DNA of 59,049 nt, filler included, from Barthelona sp. PAP020 (taxonomy: Eukaryota), in NCBI GenBank assembly GCA_040182905.1. It is 2 parts of 2 records of this genome, joined end to end, with 100 filler letters (N's around TTAATTAATTAA, not from the genome) between each part and the next. Parts side by side here need not be neighbours in the genome. Positions count along the whole stretch, not along the records: positions 29,576 to 59,049 come from JARQWU010000118.1; 1 more part is not named here. One strand, 5' to 3'. This document shows positions 41,270-50,575 of this stretch, piece by piece (the stretch's first letter is position 1; each line of letters begins with the position of its first letter). The position numbers and the translations under genes were made by a program. The notes under the pieces are model-generated. The model saw nothing but the letters and a program-made list of their open reading frames with translations. It was not told where the DNA came from and did no database searches.

Positions 41270-41782
41270 TTAATACGAATCAGTTTTTTCTTTTTTAAAA
41301 CGTCTAGAATTCTCCAAAATAGTTGAAAATATTTTCTTTTCAGGAATAATATAAGAAAGTTGGGGTTTTGGTTTGGTGTTACTAATTATTGATGATTGCA
41401 CATCAACATTTGTCAAATTAATTTGTTGTGATTCCAAATTCATTGATTGTTGAAATGATTGAGATGGTGAATCAATAGGTTCAAAATATTGCATTGGCGA
41501 CATTTCTTCAAATTGTTCCCCATTATTTAAATTTTGTAGTAACAATCTTGACCTGGTAACTGAGTCTAATAGTCTGTAGGCTTCATTTTTTAAGGATACA
41601 ATCTTTCCATTCTTTTCATTTTTTAAATCATCCATAAATTCCATGGGTTCATCGAATATGTTTCCATATTTTTGAATCATTATTTTCATTTCTTCAATAT
41701 CTTTGTCAATTTCTTCTATATCATTTTCATAAATCTTTAATGTATCTTCAAAATCAGTTGTATCAATTTTTCTTGACATCAT
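41270..41782 (-). CDS. Hypothetical protein with N-terminal coiled coil
   Basis: ORF of about 170 aa from ATG 41782, head-to-head with the next gene. Confidence 0.6.
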   Translation of the reverse strand: MMSRKIDTTDFEDTLKIYENDIEEIDKDIEEMKIMIQKYGNIFDEPMEFMDDLKNEKNGKIVSLKNEAYRLLDSVTRSRLLLQNLNNGEQFEEMSPMQYFEPIDSPSQSFQQSMNLESQQINLTNVDVQSSIISNTKPKPQLSYIIPEKKIFSTILENSRRFKKEKTDSY

Positions 41783-41840
41783 AAAGAAATAATGATTTAA
41801 AAAAATTTGATATGTTTTGTTCAAATTGTTTTTTTAATTC

Positions 41841-43259
41841 ATGTCTTCATTATTTAGTGGAGCTAATTTACGATTACTTCTTGAGAAACAAAAACAGCTC
41901 CAACAGGGAGATACAGCTTCTGTAAATGAAGGATTGAATGCAAGTTCCCAAATTGATTTTCAAAGCAATTTGTCACAACAACAAACACAAAATTTACAAA
42001 ATGAGCCCTATGGGGAAATAAATATACCACCTACTGCAGAAAAACCATCGCAAATACAGAATATTCATTATGAAGCTCCATATAATAGGGCTGTTTCACA
42101 ATATAATGCGCCTTCTTTTCCTGTAGTCAAACCAAATCCTGAGATTATTCAAAGAAAAACACCAATTAGTAAAAAATTGGGATGTTTTCCTCCTTGGACT
42201 CTGAAATCAGGATTTATGAACTTAACTTGTGTTGAAGCTAAATCAATCATTTCGACTATACATTGTAATTTGGTTAGAATTGTTGTTCCTATTCATTCAT
42301 TTTTAACATTGCCTTTAAATTCTACTCGTGCAAGTGTAAACATTGATTATTCCACTTTACCAGATACTCCTCCTATAGATACTACCTTCAATAAAGAACC
42401 GGAGGAAGATATTTCTAAAAAAGAAGCAGAAGAAGAAGAAGAAGAAGAAGAAGAAATGGAAGAAGAAGAAGAATATATTATTGTTAGAGTTTTGTTGTAC
42501 AATGTGTCGAACGTTACACCTGTTGGCATTCAATTTTTAACAATATCTTCAGAAGACGATTCTATTTTTCCTTCTTTTAAAATTAAAAAAACTGATGACA
42601 AAGAAAAATTGAAAAAGGAAGTGGGAAAACAGTTATTTTCCTCCTTGTTGATATCTTCTGAAAAATTTGCCAGTTCTGTTTTAACACACGCTATCTTTCA
42701 AATGGATGATGATTGCTTGGATACCTTTTATTTACTTTGTGGCCTGAAAGATTTAGAGCCATCAAGAGACGAATTTTTTAATCAATGGTCTTTGAGATAT
42801 AATGGAAAAAACTATACCCCTTCGCCATCTGGCAAAACTGAAGTATTGGTCACAGCGACAACAAATTTTGAACGAAAGATAGAATTGCTACCGTTATATC
42901 AACTGTTCAAAATTGTAAATTCTAAACCTGAAATTTTAGCGTTGGATCGTTTTGCTTTAACTATTTTTCATTTGCAAATGATGAGAAAAGGTACAATTTG
43001 TATTGGAACTTGTTTAATGCCTTATTATTTTCCTCAAGATCTTGATGTTGAACAATTGGAAGATCATTTGATGTATCTTGTCAGTTTTGTTAATCAAATT
43101 TCAAAGGAAGTTTTTGAAAAGTTGTTATTTTCTTCAGGTTGTCCTTTGAGTATTAATCAAATATCAAGAATTGTCAGCTCATTACCTTCTGGTATCAGTA
43201 ATCCTTTGGAATTATTAAAAACATTAAAAGTTCTGTATCAAAATAATATTCAGTCATAA
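41841..43259 (+). CDS. Divergent CCAR1/DBC1-like protein (tentative)
   Basis: 472 aa ORF with ordered motifs resembling CCAR1: VRVLL, IQFL, LCGLKDL...WSLRY, TEVLV, FALTIFHLQMMRK and FEKLLFSSGCPLSINQISRIV. Confidence 0.45.
   Translation: MSSLFSGANLRLLLEKQKQLQQGDTASVNEGLNASSQIDFQSNLSQQQTQNLQNEPYGEINIPPTAEKPSQIQNIHYEAPYNRAVSQYNAPSFPVVKPNPEIIQRKTPISKKLGCFPPWTLKSGFMNLTCVEAKSIISTIHCNLVRIVVPIHSFLTLPLNSTRASVNIDYSTLPDTPPIDTTFNKEPEEDISKKEAEEEEEEEEEMEEEEEYIIVRVLLYNVSNVTPVGIQFLTISSEDDSIFPSFKIKKTDDKEKLKKEVGKQLFSSLLISSEKFASSVLTHAIFQMDDDCLDTFYLLCGLKDLEPSRDEFFNQWSLRYNGKNYTPSPSGKTEVLVTATTNFERKIELLPLYQLFKIVNSKPEILALDRFALTIFHLQMMRKGTICIGTCLMPYYFPQDLDVEQLEDHLMYLVSFVNQISKEVFEKLLFSSGCPLSINQISRIVSSLPSGISNPLELLKTLKVLYQNNIQS
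42429..42473 (+). repeat. (GAA)9-ATG-(GAA)5 coding microsatellite (poly-Glu)
   Basis: Directly visible in the sequence. Confidence 0.9.
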
Positions 43260-44222
43260 CAAATTTTAAATCTTTTAATAATAGATGATAAATAAGTAAT
43301 GAATTTTGTACTTTCAATGCAGTTGTTTCATGTATTGTTGTTTCTTAACAGGAATAAATTTTGGTTCTTTTTTCAATTAAATCTGCTTATGAATAAAAGA
43401 TTCTCTTAAATAAGATTTTTGATAACATGAAGGAAGTTATTTCAAATTACAGTGCAGGTCTATCTCAGCGTTAAAATACATTTTATATTCTGATTTTTAA
43501 AAGTCCAGAAGAAAATAAAGAAAAAACAAAAGTTGTTTACAACATGATTATTTCAACCAATGGAAATTATTCGTCCTTCCTCTTTTCCTTTAATACGAAA
43601 CTTTGCCATTAATTACTCCAAACTTTTTTGATTTTTTACAAGTGAACTCCAAGACATCTTGTGAAATGAATAAATTTCAAGAATATCGGAGCTATCTAGC
43701 TCTTTTAAAAAATTTACTAATCAGATGAAGAGCCAATCTCAAGTTTGGAGAGTTTTGGAAAACTTTTCGTACAAAGCAAAATAAAAAAGAAACAATAAGT
43801 GGACTGTTTGACAGATATCGACATTCAACATACTTTTCCGTTCAATTTGCAGATCAATTGGATATAATGATCACAAAACGTATATTACATTAAAAATAGT
43901 GCAAAAATACATTGAAACAATGACTTTCGATAAAATAATTCGAACAAACGTCATTAAAGCAGAAAAATATTTTCTTATAATATTTTCACGGTGTTTAAAA
44001 CAATATTGAGAGCACAACTATTGGAATAAATTCGACAAAGAAAGTCCCAACAAAAAAGCAGTAACACATCGAAAGGAACATCTCACACATAACTAATCAA
44101 TCAATTCACTTCATTTCGATAACGAATGCTCCAAAACACGGACTGATTGCTTCTAAAAAAATGTTGAAAATGTATGAAAAGATGGAATTCTTTCTTTAGC
44201 TTGATTTCTTTTTTTCCAAGCA

Positions 44223-46433
44223 ATGGTTGTTAACATTGACATTTCAGTCATCAAAGAGATAATTCAACAAAAGGAAACTGAAGGTGCTACTTTTGTAGAA
44301 AACTGGCGATCAAAGGGCAATAATCGAATGCCTAATATGGAATCATTTACAGACCTCTTAAATTCTTTGAAGCCTACCAAAATTCATGGATCTAGTGTTA
44401 ACATAATCACTGAATATTTTGTAGAAGGGAAGACTGGTTACTTGAGCATCGCGGAACGGTATGAAGTGGTTGAAATAATTAAGTTCTTTCACAATCCACT
44501 GGAAGAACACGATTTACTGAAAGAATGCGTGCCAATGTGCCTTAACCATCATTTCATTCGTCAAATTCATGGTGTGACCAAAATCAATGGTAAAACTGGG
44601 ATAGTTATGCAATTTTGTGATTCAGTTCTCGAACATGAAATACCCAAACTTTCGTTGATGCAAAAGCTCACGATACTCATGCAAGTTGCTTCCAGTCTAG
44701 ATTATTGTCATGAATGCGGTTTTATTCATGGTGATGTTCAACCCAAAAATGTTCTTTTAAGAGAAGAGAAAGGGAAGTTCATTCCTGCTTTAAGCGATTT
44801 TGGGACTGTGGAAGATTGCAATAGTTCATCGATGGTTGCCATGACAGGTTCCATCGGTTATCGCCCTCCTGAAGTTGTTAAAAATTTTAATGTTGGTCAA
44901 ATTAATCGTAAAGCAATTGATGTGTGGGCGTTTGGTGTGATGATGATTCATGTAATGACTGGTATTCCTGCTTTCGATGGAAACGATGATATGAAAGTAT
45001 ATATGGAAGTGTTGAATGGGAAATTGCCGTATACTGATGAGATGATTGATTCAGTGGAGGGTCATGGTATTGTAAGGTTATGTTTGGACAAAGATCCAGC
45101 CAAGCGTCCATCATTTGAGTTGATTACTGATTATTTGAAGATGCTCATCGATACGGTATTTGAACGCACTAACCCTTTCAATAAGTATAAAATGGGTCAA
45201 GTTTTTGTTCCAAATAGATTCGATGTGGATGGATTTGAAAATAATGGTGTGCCAAAGAAGATTTATAGGGCTGCATTGGAGGGAAATCTGGAGGTTGTCA
45301 AGCAGTGTATCAAAGCTGGTGTGGATGTGAATAAACAGGGAAAGGAAGGAATGACATCGCTGTATGGGGCTTGTTTCAATGGGCATATCAAGGTTGTTGA
45401 GTTTTTGTTGGATTTTAAGGCTGATGTTAGTTTGTGTATGAATGATGGATTTTCTCCATTGTTCATTAGTTGTCAAAATGGTCATCTTGATGTTGCCGAA
45501 ATGCTCTTAGATCATGGGGCTGATGTTAGTTTGTGTACGAATGATGGTGCTTCTCCATTGTTCATTAGTTGTCAAATTGGTCATCTTGATGTTGCCGAAA
45601 TGCTCTTGGATCATGGGGCTGATGTTAGTTTGTGTACGAATGATGGTGCTTCTCCATTGTTCATTAGTTGTCAAATTGGTCATTTTGATGTGGCCGAAAT
45701 GCTCTTGGATCATGGGGCTGATGTTAGTCTGTGTACGAATGATGGTGCTTCTCCATTGTACATCAGTTGTCAAAATGGTCATCTTGATGTTGCCGAAATG
45801 CTCTCGGATCATGGGGCTGATGTTAATTTGTGTAATAATAATGCTTCTTCATTGTTCATCAGTTGTCAAATTGGTCATCTTGATGTCGCCAAGATGCTCT
45901 TGGATCGTGGAGCTAATGTTAATTTATGTATGAGTGATGGTGTTTCTCCATTGTACATCAGTTGTTACAGTGGTCATCTTGATGTAGCCAAAATGCTCTT
46001 GGATCATGGGGCTGATGTTAGTTTATGCAATAACAATGGTGCTTCTCCATTGTACATCAGTTGTTACAATGGTCATCTTGATGTCGCCAAAATGCTCTTG
46101 GATCGTGGGGCCAATGTTAATTTGTGTAGGAATAATGGTGTTTCTTCATTGTACATTTGTTGTCAAAAAGGTCATCTTGATGTCGCCAAAATGCTTTTGG
46201 ATTATGGGGCTCATGTTAATTTGTGCAAGAATACTGGGTGGTCTCCATTACATATTAGTTGTCAAAATGGTCATCTTGATGTTGCCAAAATGCTCTTGGA
46301 TCATGAAGCCAATGTAAATCTCAAAACCACAAAAGGATCAACACCAATTGATATTGCCAAAGCCAATGGTCATTCCCAAATTGTAAAGCTTCTCAAACCG
46401 TATTATGGTTGGTTCAAAACTTTGTTTGTTTAA
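44223..46433 (+). CDS. Protein kinase (non-RD) fused to a C-terminal ankyrin-repeat array
   Basis: HGDVQPKNVLL, SDFG, GSIGYRPPE, DVWAFG and DPAKRPSF, followed by about 12 ankyrin repeats (SPLFISCQNGHLDVAEMLLDHGADV). Confidence 0.93.
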   Translation: MVVNIDISVIKEIIQQKETEGATFVENWRSKGNNRMPNMESFTDLLNSLKPTKIHGSSVNIITEYFVEGKTGYLSIAERYEVVEIIKFFHNPLEEHDLLKECVPMCLNHHFIRQIHGVTKINGKTGIVMQFCDSVLEHEIPKLSLMQKLTILMQVASSLDYCHECGFIHGDVQPKNVLLREEKGKFIPALSDFGTVEDCNSSSMVAMTGSIGYRPPEVVKNFNVGQINRKAIDVWAFGVMMIHVMTGIPAFDGNDDMKVYMEVLNGKLPYTDEMIDSVEGHGIVRLCLDKDPAKRPSFELITDYLKMLIDTVFERTNPFNKYKMGQVFVPNRFDVDGFENNGVPKKIYRAALEGNLEVVKQCIKAGVDVNKQGKEGMTSLYGACFNGHIKVVEFLLDFKADVSLCMNDGFSPLFISCQNGHLDVAEMLLDHGADVSLCTNDGASPLFISCQIGHLDVAEMLLDHGADVSLCTNDGASPLFISCQIGHFDVAEMLLDHGADVSLCTNDGASPLYISCQNGHLDVAEMLSDHGADVNLCNNNASSLFISCQIGHLDVAKMLLDRGANVNLCMSDGVSPLYISCYSGHLDVAKMLLDHGADVSLCNNNGASPLYISCYNGHLDVAKMLLDRGANVNLCRNNGVSSLYICCQKGHLDVAKMLLDYGAHVNLCKNTGWSPLHISCQNGHLDVAKMLLDHEANVNLKTTKGSTPIDIAKANGHSQIVKLLKPYYGWFKTLFV
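45419..46320 (+). repeat. Near-identical 99-bp tandem repeats encoding ankyrin units
   Basis: GGCTGATGTTAGTTTGTGTACGAATGATGGTGCTTCTCCATTG... recurs every 99 nt (one unit is 96 nt), about 9 copies. Confidence 0.93.
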
Positions 46434-47353
46434 CAAACCCATACATCCACAAAACACTATTTCATTGCCAATATATCAAGCAACGCCCCCAATTTTTTCA
46501 TTTTTTAGTTCATATTGGCATTTTATTCTTCTTGCAATCTTTGGTGTTTGTATTGATGCAAGTCATATTGCATCTTCATTATTGAAGGTTAAACTTTCCA
46601 GTTTTTCTTTTGCAGAGATGTAGAGAGTAGGAATATAATATCTGCTGCAAATGCTTACTTTTTCTTATTCCAAGATAGAATTTCAGCCACTCATTTCTTT
46701 CGGTTGAAATTTCCTGAAATTAGTTTTCTCTGTTTGATTTTGTAAATAGATAAATTGTTTTTTTTTATTCATGCAGAAAATGTTGAAACTTTAAAATTTT
46801 CCAAAGGAAATTTGGAACTTAATTTTGCCTTTGGTAAACACAAAGAATTGTAACATGGGAAAAATTCTATCTTTCGAACTTTATTTTTTGATCATTTTTA
46901 TTCTATGTCAAGAAATCAGGGACTAAGAGTGAATAAAAGAGAACAGGGCTTATTTTGTTAAAAGCTTTTAACGCCCTATTGATCAATTGATACACTTTAG
47001 ATTGTCTTAGTTGACGGTTAAACTTTAAAATTTTGCTTTTATTAAAATACAGAATAGGAAAGAAGAATTTCCCCAATATTCTCATAATTGATGATTAAAC
47101 ATGCAGCAGCAACTCATTTTCTGTGGCGGAGATTTGAAGACACGAGTTCTTTTTCCTACTCTCTTTGTGTAAATAAATTTGGTTGTTTCACAACTGGACC
47201 AAAAAGGTTTATTATCTAGTGTACACCTGAGACGCCAATTACAAGTATGAAAACTTTCATACAAATGTTTTGTACAAAGAAAAAATTAAACCTAATATTT
47301 ACAACGCATACAAAGACTCAAAAACTTAGAAAACATTACAAATTTTCTGAAAT

Positions 47354-50300
47354 TTAAACAAATTTGGGATCCAACAAATTGGTTTCGGTTGATATAGCTT
47401 GCATTTGACTCAAAAAAAAGCTCTGAAATTGAACTATATCATCATTCGAATAATCCACGTCTGTTTTCATGAACAAAGGTTCATCTATCTGATCAATTGC
47501 AATGTTACCACACATTGGACAATCTCTGCTCAACACATCAAGTAATTTTCGTTCATCTTCAACTTTGTGTGTTTCTTCAAGAATCATTCGTTTCTCATCC
47601 ATTTCTTTAAACAACGTTATTTGATTATATCTCGCCGGATCTTGAATTCTAACCAGTCTTAAAAACTTCGTTATACAAATAGGATGGAGCACATGTCCAC
47701 AAGGAAAACATATTGCCTTTGTGCCATTAAAATTCTTGTTACAAATGCAACAGTGTTGATCTTTCAGTTCTAAATTGCTTTTATGATCTTTTATCGATTC
47801 AAACTCTTTATTTTGTAAATAACTCAAAGCATCTGTTGCTTCTTCAGTTGCCTCTCTTGCCTTTACCAAATCTTCATTAAACGCCTCAATAGAATCAAGA
47901 ATTACTCGTTTCAATTTATTTATCGTGGTGGTATCATCAGATATCAAAGGCAATAGATCCTCGATGGTTAAACAACCGGAATCTCTCAACAAATCTTTGA
48001 TTCTTAATCCATCTCTCTTTGTTTTGATAAGCTTTTTAGCATATTTCAACCATAGATTGCGTTTTTCTTCAAAAATTAATGCAGAATTAGCAACTGCTTT
48101 TGCAGTTTTGAAATCATTACATGATAATGCATCGTCCAATGCAGTTTGAAGATTTCCTAACTTTAAAAATATGTTAGAAGTGATTTGTTTAGGGTTGTCA
48201 AATTGCTGAGACAATTGAAGAGCAAAACCCAAATTTATATGTTCAGAATGTGTTCGAATAAAATCAGTAAACCGATTTGAATCCGCTAGACGAACATATA
48301 ACCCTAATAATAAATTGGCAAAGCTTGCCAATTTGTCTTCCTCAACAAAAACATCACCATCAAAAATTAACTCAACATACTCAATGGCAGCGTGTAATTG
48401 TTCAGTTTTTGAATTCCCGGTGGTCAATGAAATAAATGTGGGAATCATCAACTGTGGATCGAAGTCTTCATCATGACGAATCACGTTAATAACCTTATCA
48501 GGCAATACCATAAATATGAAAGGCATATATAGTTTGTACAGTTCATTTCGCTTTTCCATCGGTTCCACAAACCATTTTAATTGATCTAAAAGCTGACTAT
48601 ATTGTTTTGTTTGAAATAAAAAATAAATCAGATAATCGAATTGTTTAATATGTTCCACAAAAGGAATCAACAAAGAATCAATGAGATCTACCTCTGAAAG
48701 ACGGTTAACAATCCTTCTGGATGACTTTTCCAAAATTGGCTTGAAATCATCCGATATCAAGAAAGACAAACAAGTCTCAATGTACTTTTGCTCTTGTTCC
48801 TTAGGCACAGATATTATCAGATCAAGCAACTCATCAAACAACAAATGAACCAAAACAATTCGTTGGGCAGCCGTGGGTGGATCATATTCAGATGCAAGCT
48901 TTGCTTTGATATACTGTATAATAAGTTCACTCTTCGTTATGCTATCACTGTCAACTCTAGAGATAAAGACCTGCACTTGAGACAAAGGAATTTTAGAATT
49001 TGCGAAATTCTCCAATGCTTCAGTAGTTTTATTCATCTCCCACTGCTGTAAACCCAACTGTTCACATATTAGACCACGTGAAACAATATCGTTCCCCACT
49101 TCTTGCAATGCACTCTCATAATCCCTTAAACCAAAGTATATCTGCCATAAATCTTTCTTTTCATTTGTGGGTACTATCTCATACACGTTATCTGCTGTTG
49201 CAATCCAATATCGTCCGTATTGAACAGGTGTGATCAATTGATTCTTCGTTAAATCAATCACACCGGCAGCAGATGCAGAAAGAACGTCATAGCTACAATC
49301 TACTATTGAAGTCTTAAACTTGGGATGAAACAATTGAACGTTGATAGGTTGAAGTCCAGATTGCAGGTTATAAGCTCTTACTGTACTATCATACACAACA
49401 ATAAAGTGCTCTGAAGTACAAAACACATGTTTTGGAATGTCATTGTTGGTGTTTGAAAATGATAGCATGTCAACAATAGTGTCAACGTTATTCAAAAGTG
49501 TTAATTTGGTGTTTTGAAGTCCATCTACATCAGAAACAGTTCCATGCAAGACATTCTGGCCAAATAGAAAGGCAAAGCTATTTCCAAATGACATGTATGA
49601 TGGATGATACAGATGCATGGCGCTATGGCTAATTATTGAATTGGAAACAATGTGCTTTTTAGAAACTTCCTTTGCTAATATTGCATCCTGCCATTTAGGG
49701 CCCCCTTGAAATGTAAAAATGTAGGAAGATGTACAAACAAAAAAAGTGTGAGAATTTTCAACTTTCAACCACTGGACTCCACTAATACAACGGGTTTCAG
49801 TGTCATCTAAAGGCAATTTCAGCAAAAATTGGAATTGTGCCTTGAGTTTCTTCTCAAATTTAACAACAAATAAATTACCATCATTTGTTCCAACTAATAC
49901 CTCATTACTAAAGGAAATAGGCCCATAATAATCATACAACCAAGACACAGACGTAATTTCATCATTTATAAACTTATTAATTGGCTCAATATCAATGATA
50001 GTTGATTTATTATCCAGGTACTCAAAATTAAAATAGTAGGTACAACAATTTGCGCTAACCAAAACTTGTTTCCCCTCTGGATGCGCAAAAATCTTTTTTA
50101 ACACACACTTTCCATTATTATGAGGAATCATTGAATGTTGTCTGCGTCTTTCCCAATCAACAATAGGTTTTTCACAACTACCAGGTTCAGATGGAATTAC
50201 AGGAATACGATACAATTTAAAAGATGTTGTTAGAATAAATAGAATGTTAGAAGAAACTTCAATTGATATAATATCCCCATCTAATATATTGAAATCAATG

Positions 50301-50491
50301 GAAGTTTCATATATGTTGAAAATATATTCATTTGGATCATGATAATAATTAGATGTATTTTTAAAATCAAATGAATTATTTTCGTATTTGAATAAATCTT
50401 GGGAAATTTGGTTGAAGGATTGTGTTGATTCAAATTCAAGATCTTCTTCAGTTGAAACGTAATTATTATCTGTAATATAGTTAAGAAGCAT
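47354..50491 (-). CDS. VPS18: HOPS/CORVET subunit Vps18 (Pep3)
   Basis: N-terminal propeller (VLVGTNDG), NEKKDLWQIY, clathrin-repeat solenoid, RNLWLKYAK, CLTIEDLLPL and a C-terminal RING (CCICN..FPCGHVLH..C...DCPMCG). Confidence 0.93.
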   Translation of the reverse strand: MLLNYITDNNYVSTEEDLEFESTQSFNQISQDLFKYENNSFDFKNTSNYYHDPNEYIFNIYETSIDFNILDGDIISIEVSSNILFILTTSFKLYRIPVIPSEPGSCEKPIVDWERRRQHSMIPHNNGKCVLKKIFAHPEGKQVLVSANCCTYYFNFEYLDNKSTIIDIEPINKFINDEITSVSWLYDYYGPISFSNEVLVGTNDGNLFVVKFEKKLKAQFQFLLKLPLDDTETRCISGVQWLKVENSHTFFVCTSSYIFTFQGGPKWQDAILAKEVSKKHIVSNSIISHSAMHLYHPSYMSFGNSFAFLFGQNVLHGTVSDVDGLQNTKLTLLNNVDTIVDMLSFSNTNNDIPKHVFCTSEHFIVVYDSTVRAYNLQSGLQPINVQLFHPKFKTSIVDCSYDVLSASAAGVIDLTKNQLITPVQYGRYWIATADNVYEIVPTNEKKDLWQIYFGLRDYESALQEVGNDIVSRGLICEQLGLQQWEMNKTTEALENFANSKIPLSQVQVFISRVDSDSITKSELIIQYIKAKLASEYDPPTAAQRIVLVHLLFDELLDLIISVPKEQEQKYIETCLSFLISDDFKPILEKSSRRIVNRLSEVDLIDSLLIPFVEHIKQFDYLIYFLFQTKQYSQLLDQLKWFVEPMEKRNELYKLYMPFIFMVLPDKVINVIRHDEDFDPQLMIPTFISLTTGNSKTEQLHAAIEYVELIFDGDVFVEEDKLASFANLLLGLYVRLADSNRFTDFIRTHSEHINLGFALQLSQQFDNPKQITSNIFLKLGNLQTALDDALSCNDFKTAKAVANSALIFEEKRNLWLKYAKKLIKTKRDGLRIKDLLRDSGCLTIEDLLPLISDDTTTINKLKRVILDSIEAFNEDLVKAREATEEATDALSYLQNKEFESIKDHKSNLELKDQHCCICNKNFNGTKAICFPCGHVLHPICITKFLRLVRIQDPARYNQITLFKEMDEKRMILEETHKVEDERKLLDVLSRDCPMCGNIAIDQIDEPLFMKTDVDYSNDDIVQFQSFFLSQMQAISTETNLLDPKFV

Positions 50492-50575
50492 TTAAATCAA
50501 AAATAATAACAAAATCAATGTAAAACAAAAAGAAAAAAGACAAAAAAAAATTTTTTTCAATGAATGCATTGAGAT

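Noticed and set aside
45111..46317. Several overlapping repetitive ORFs on both strands
   Set aside because: Shadows of the 99-bp ankyrin repeat.
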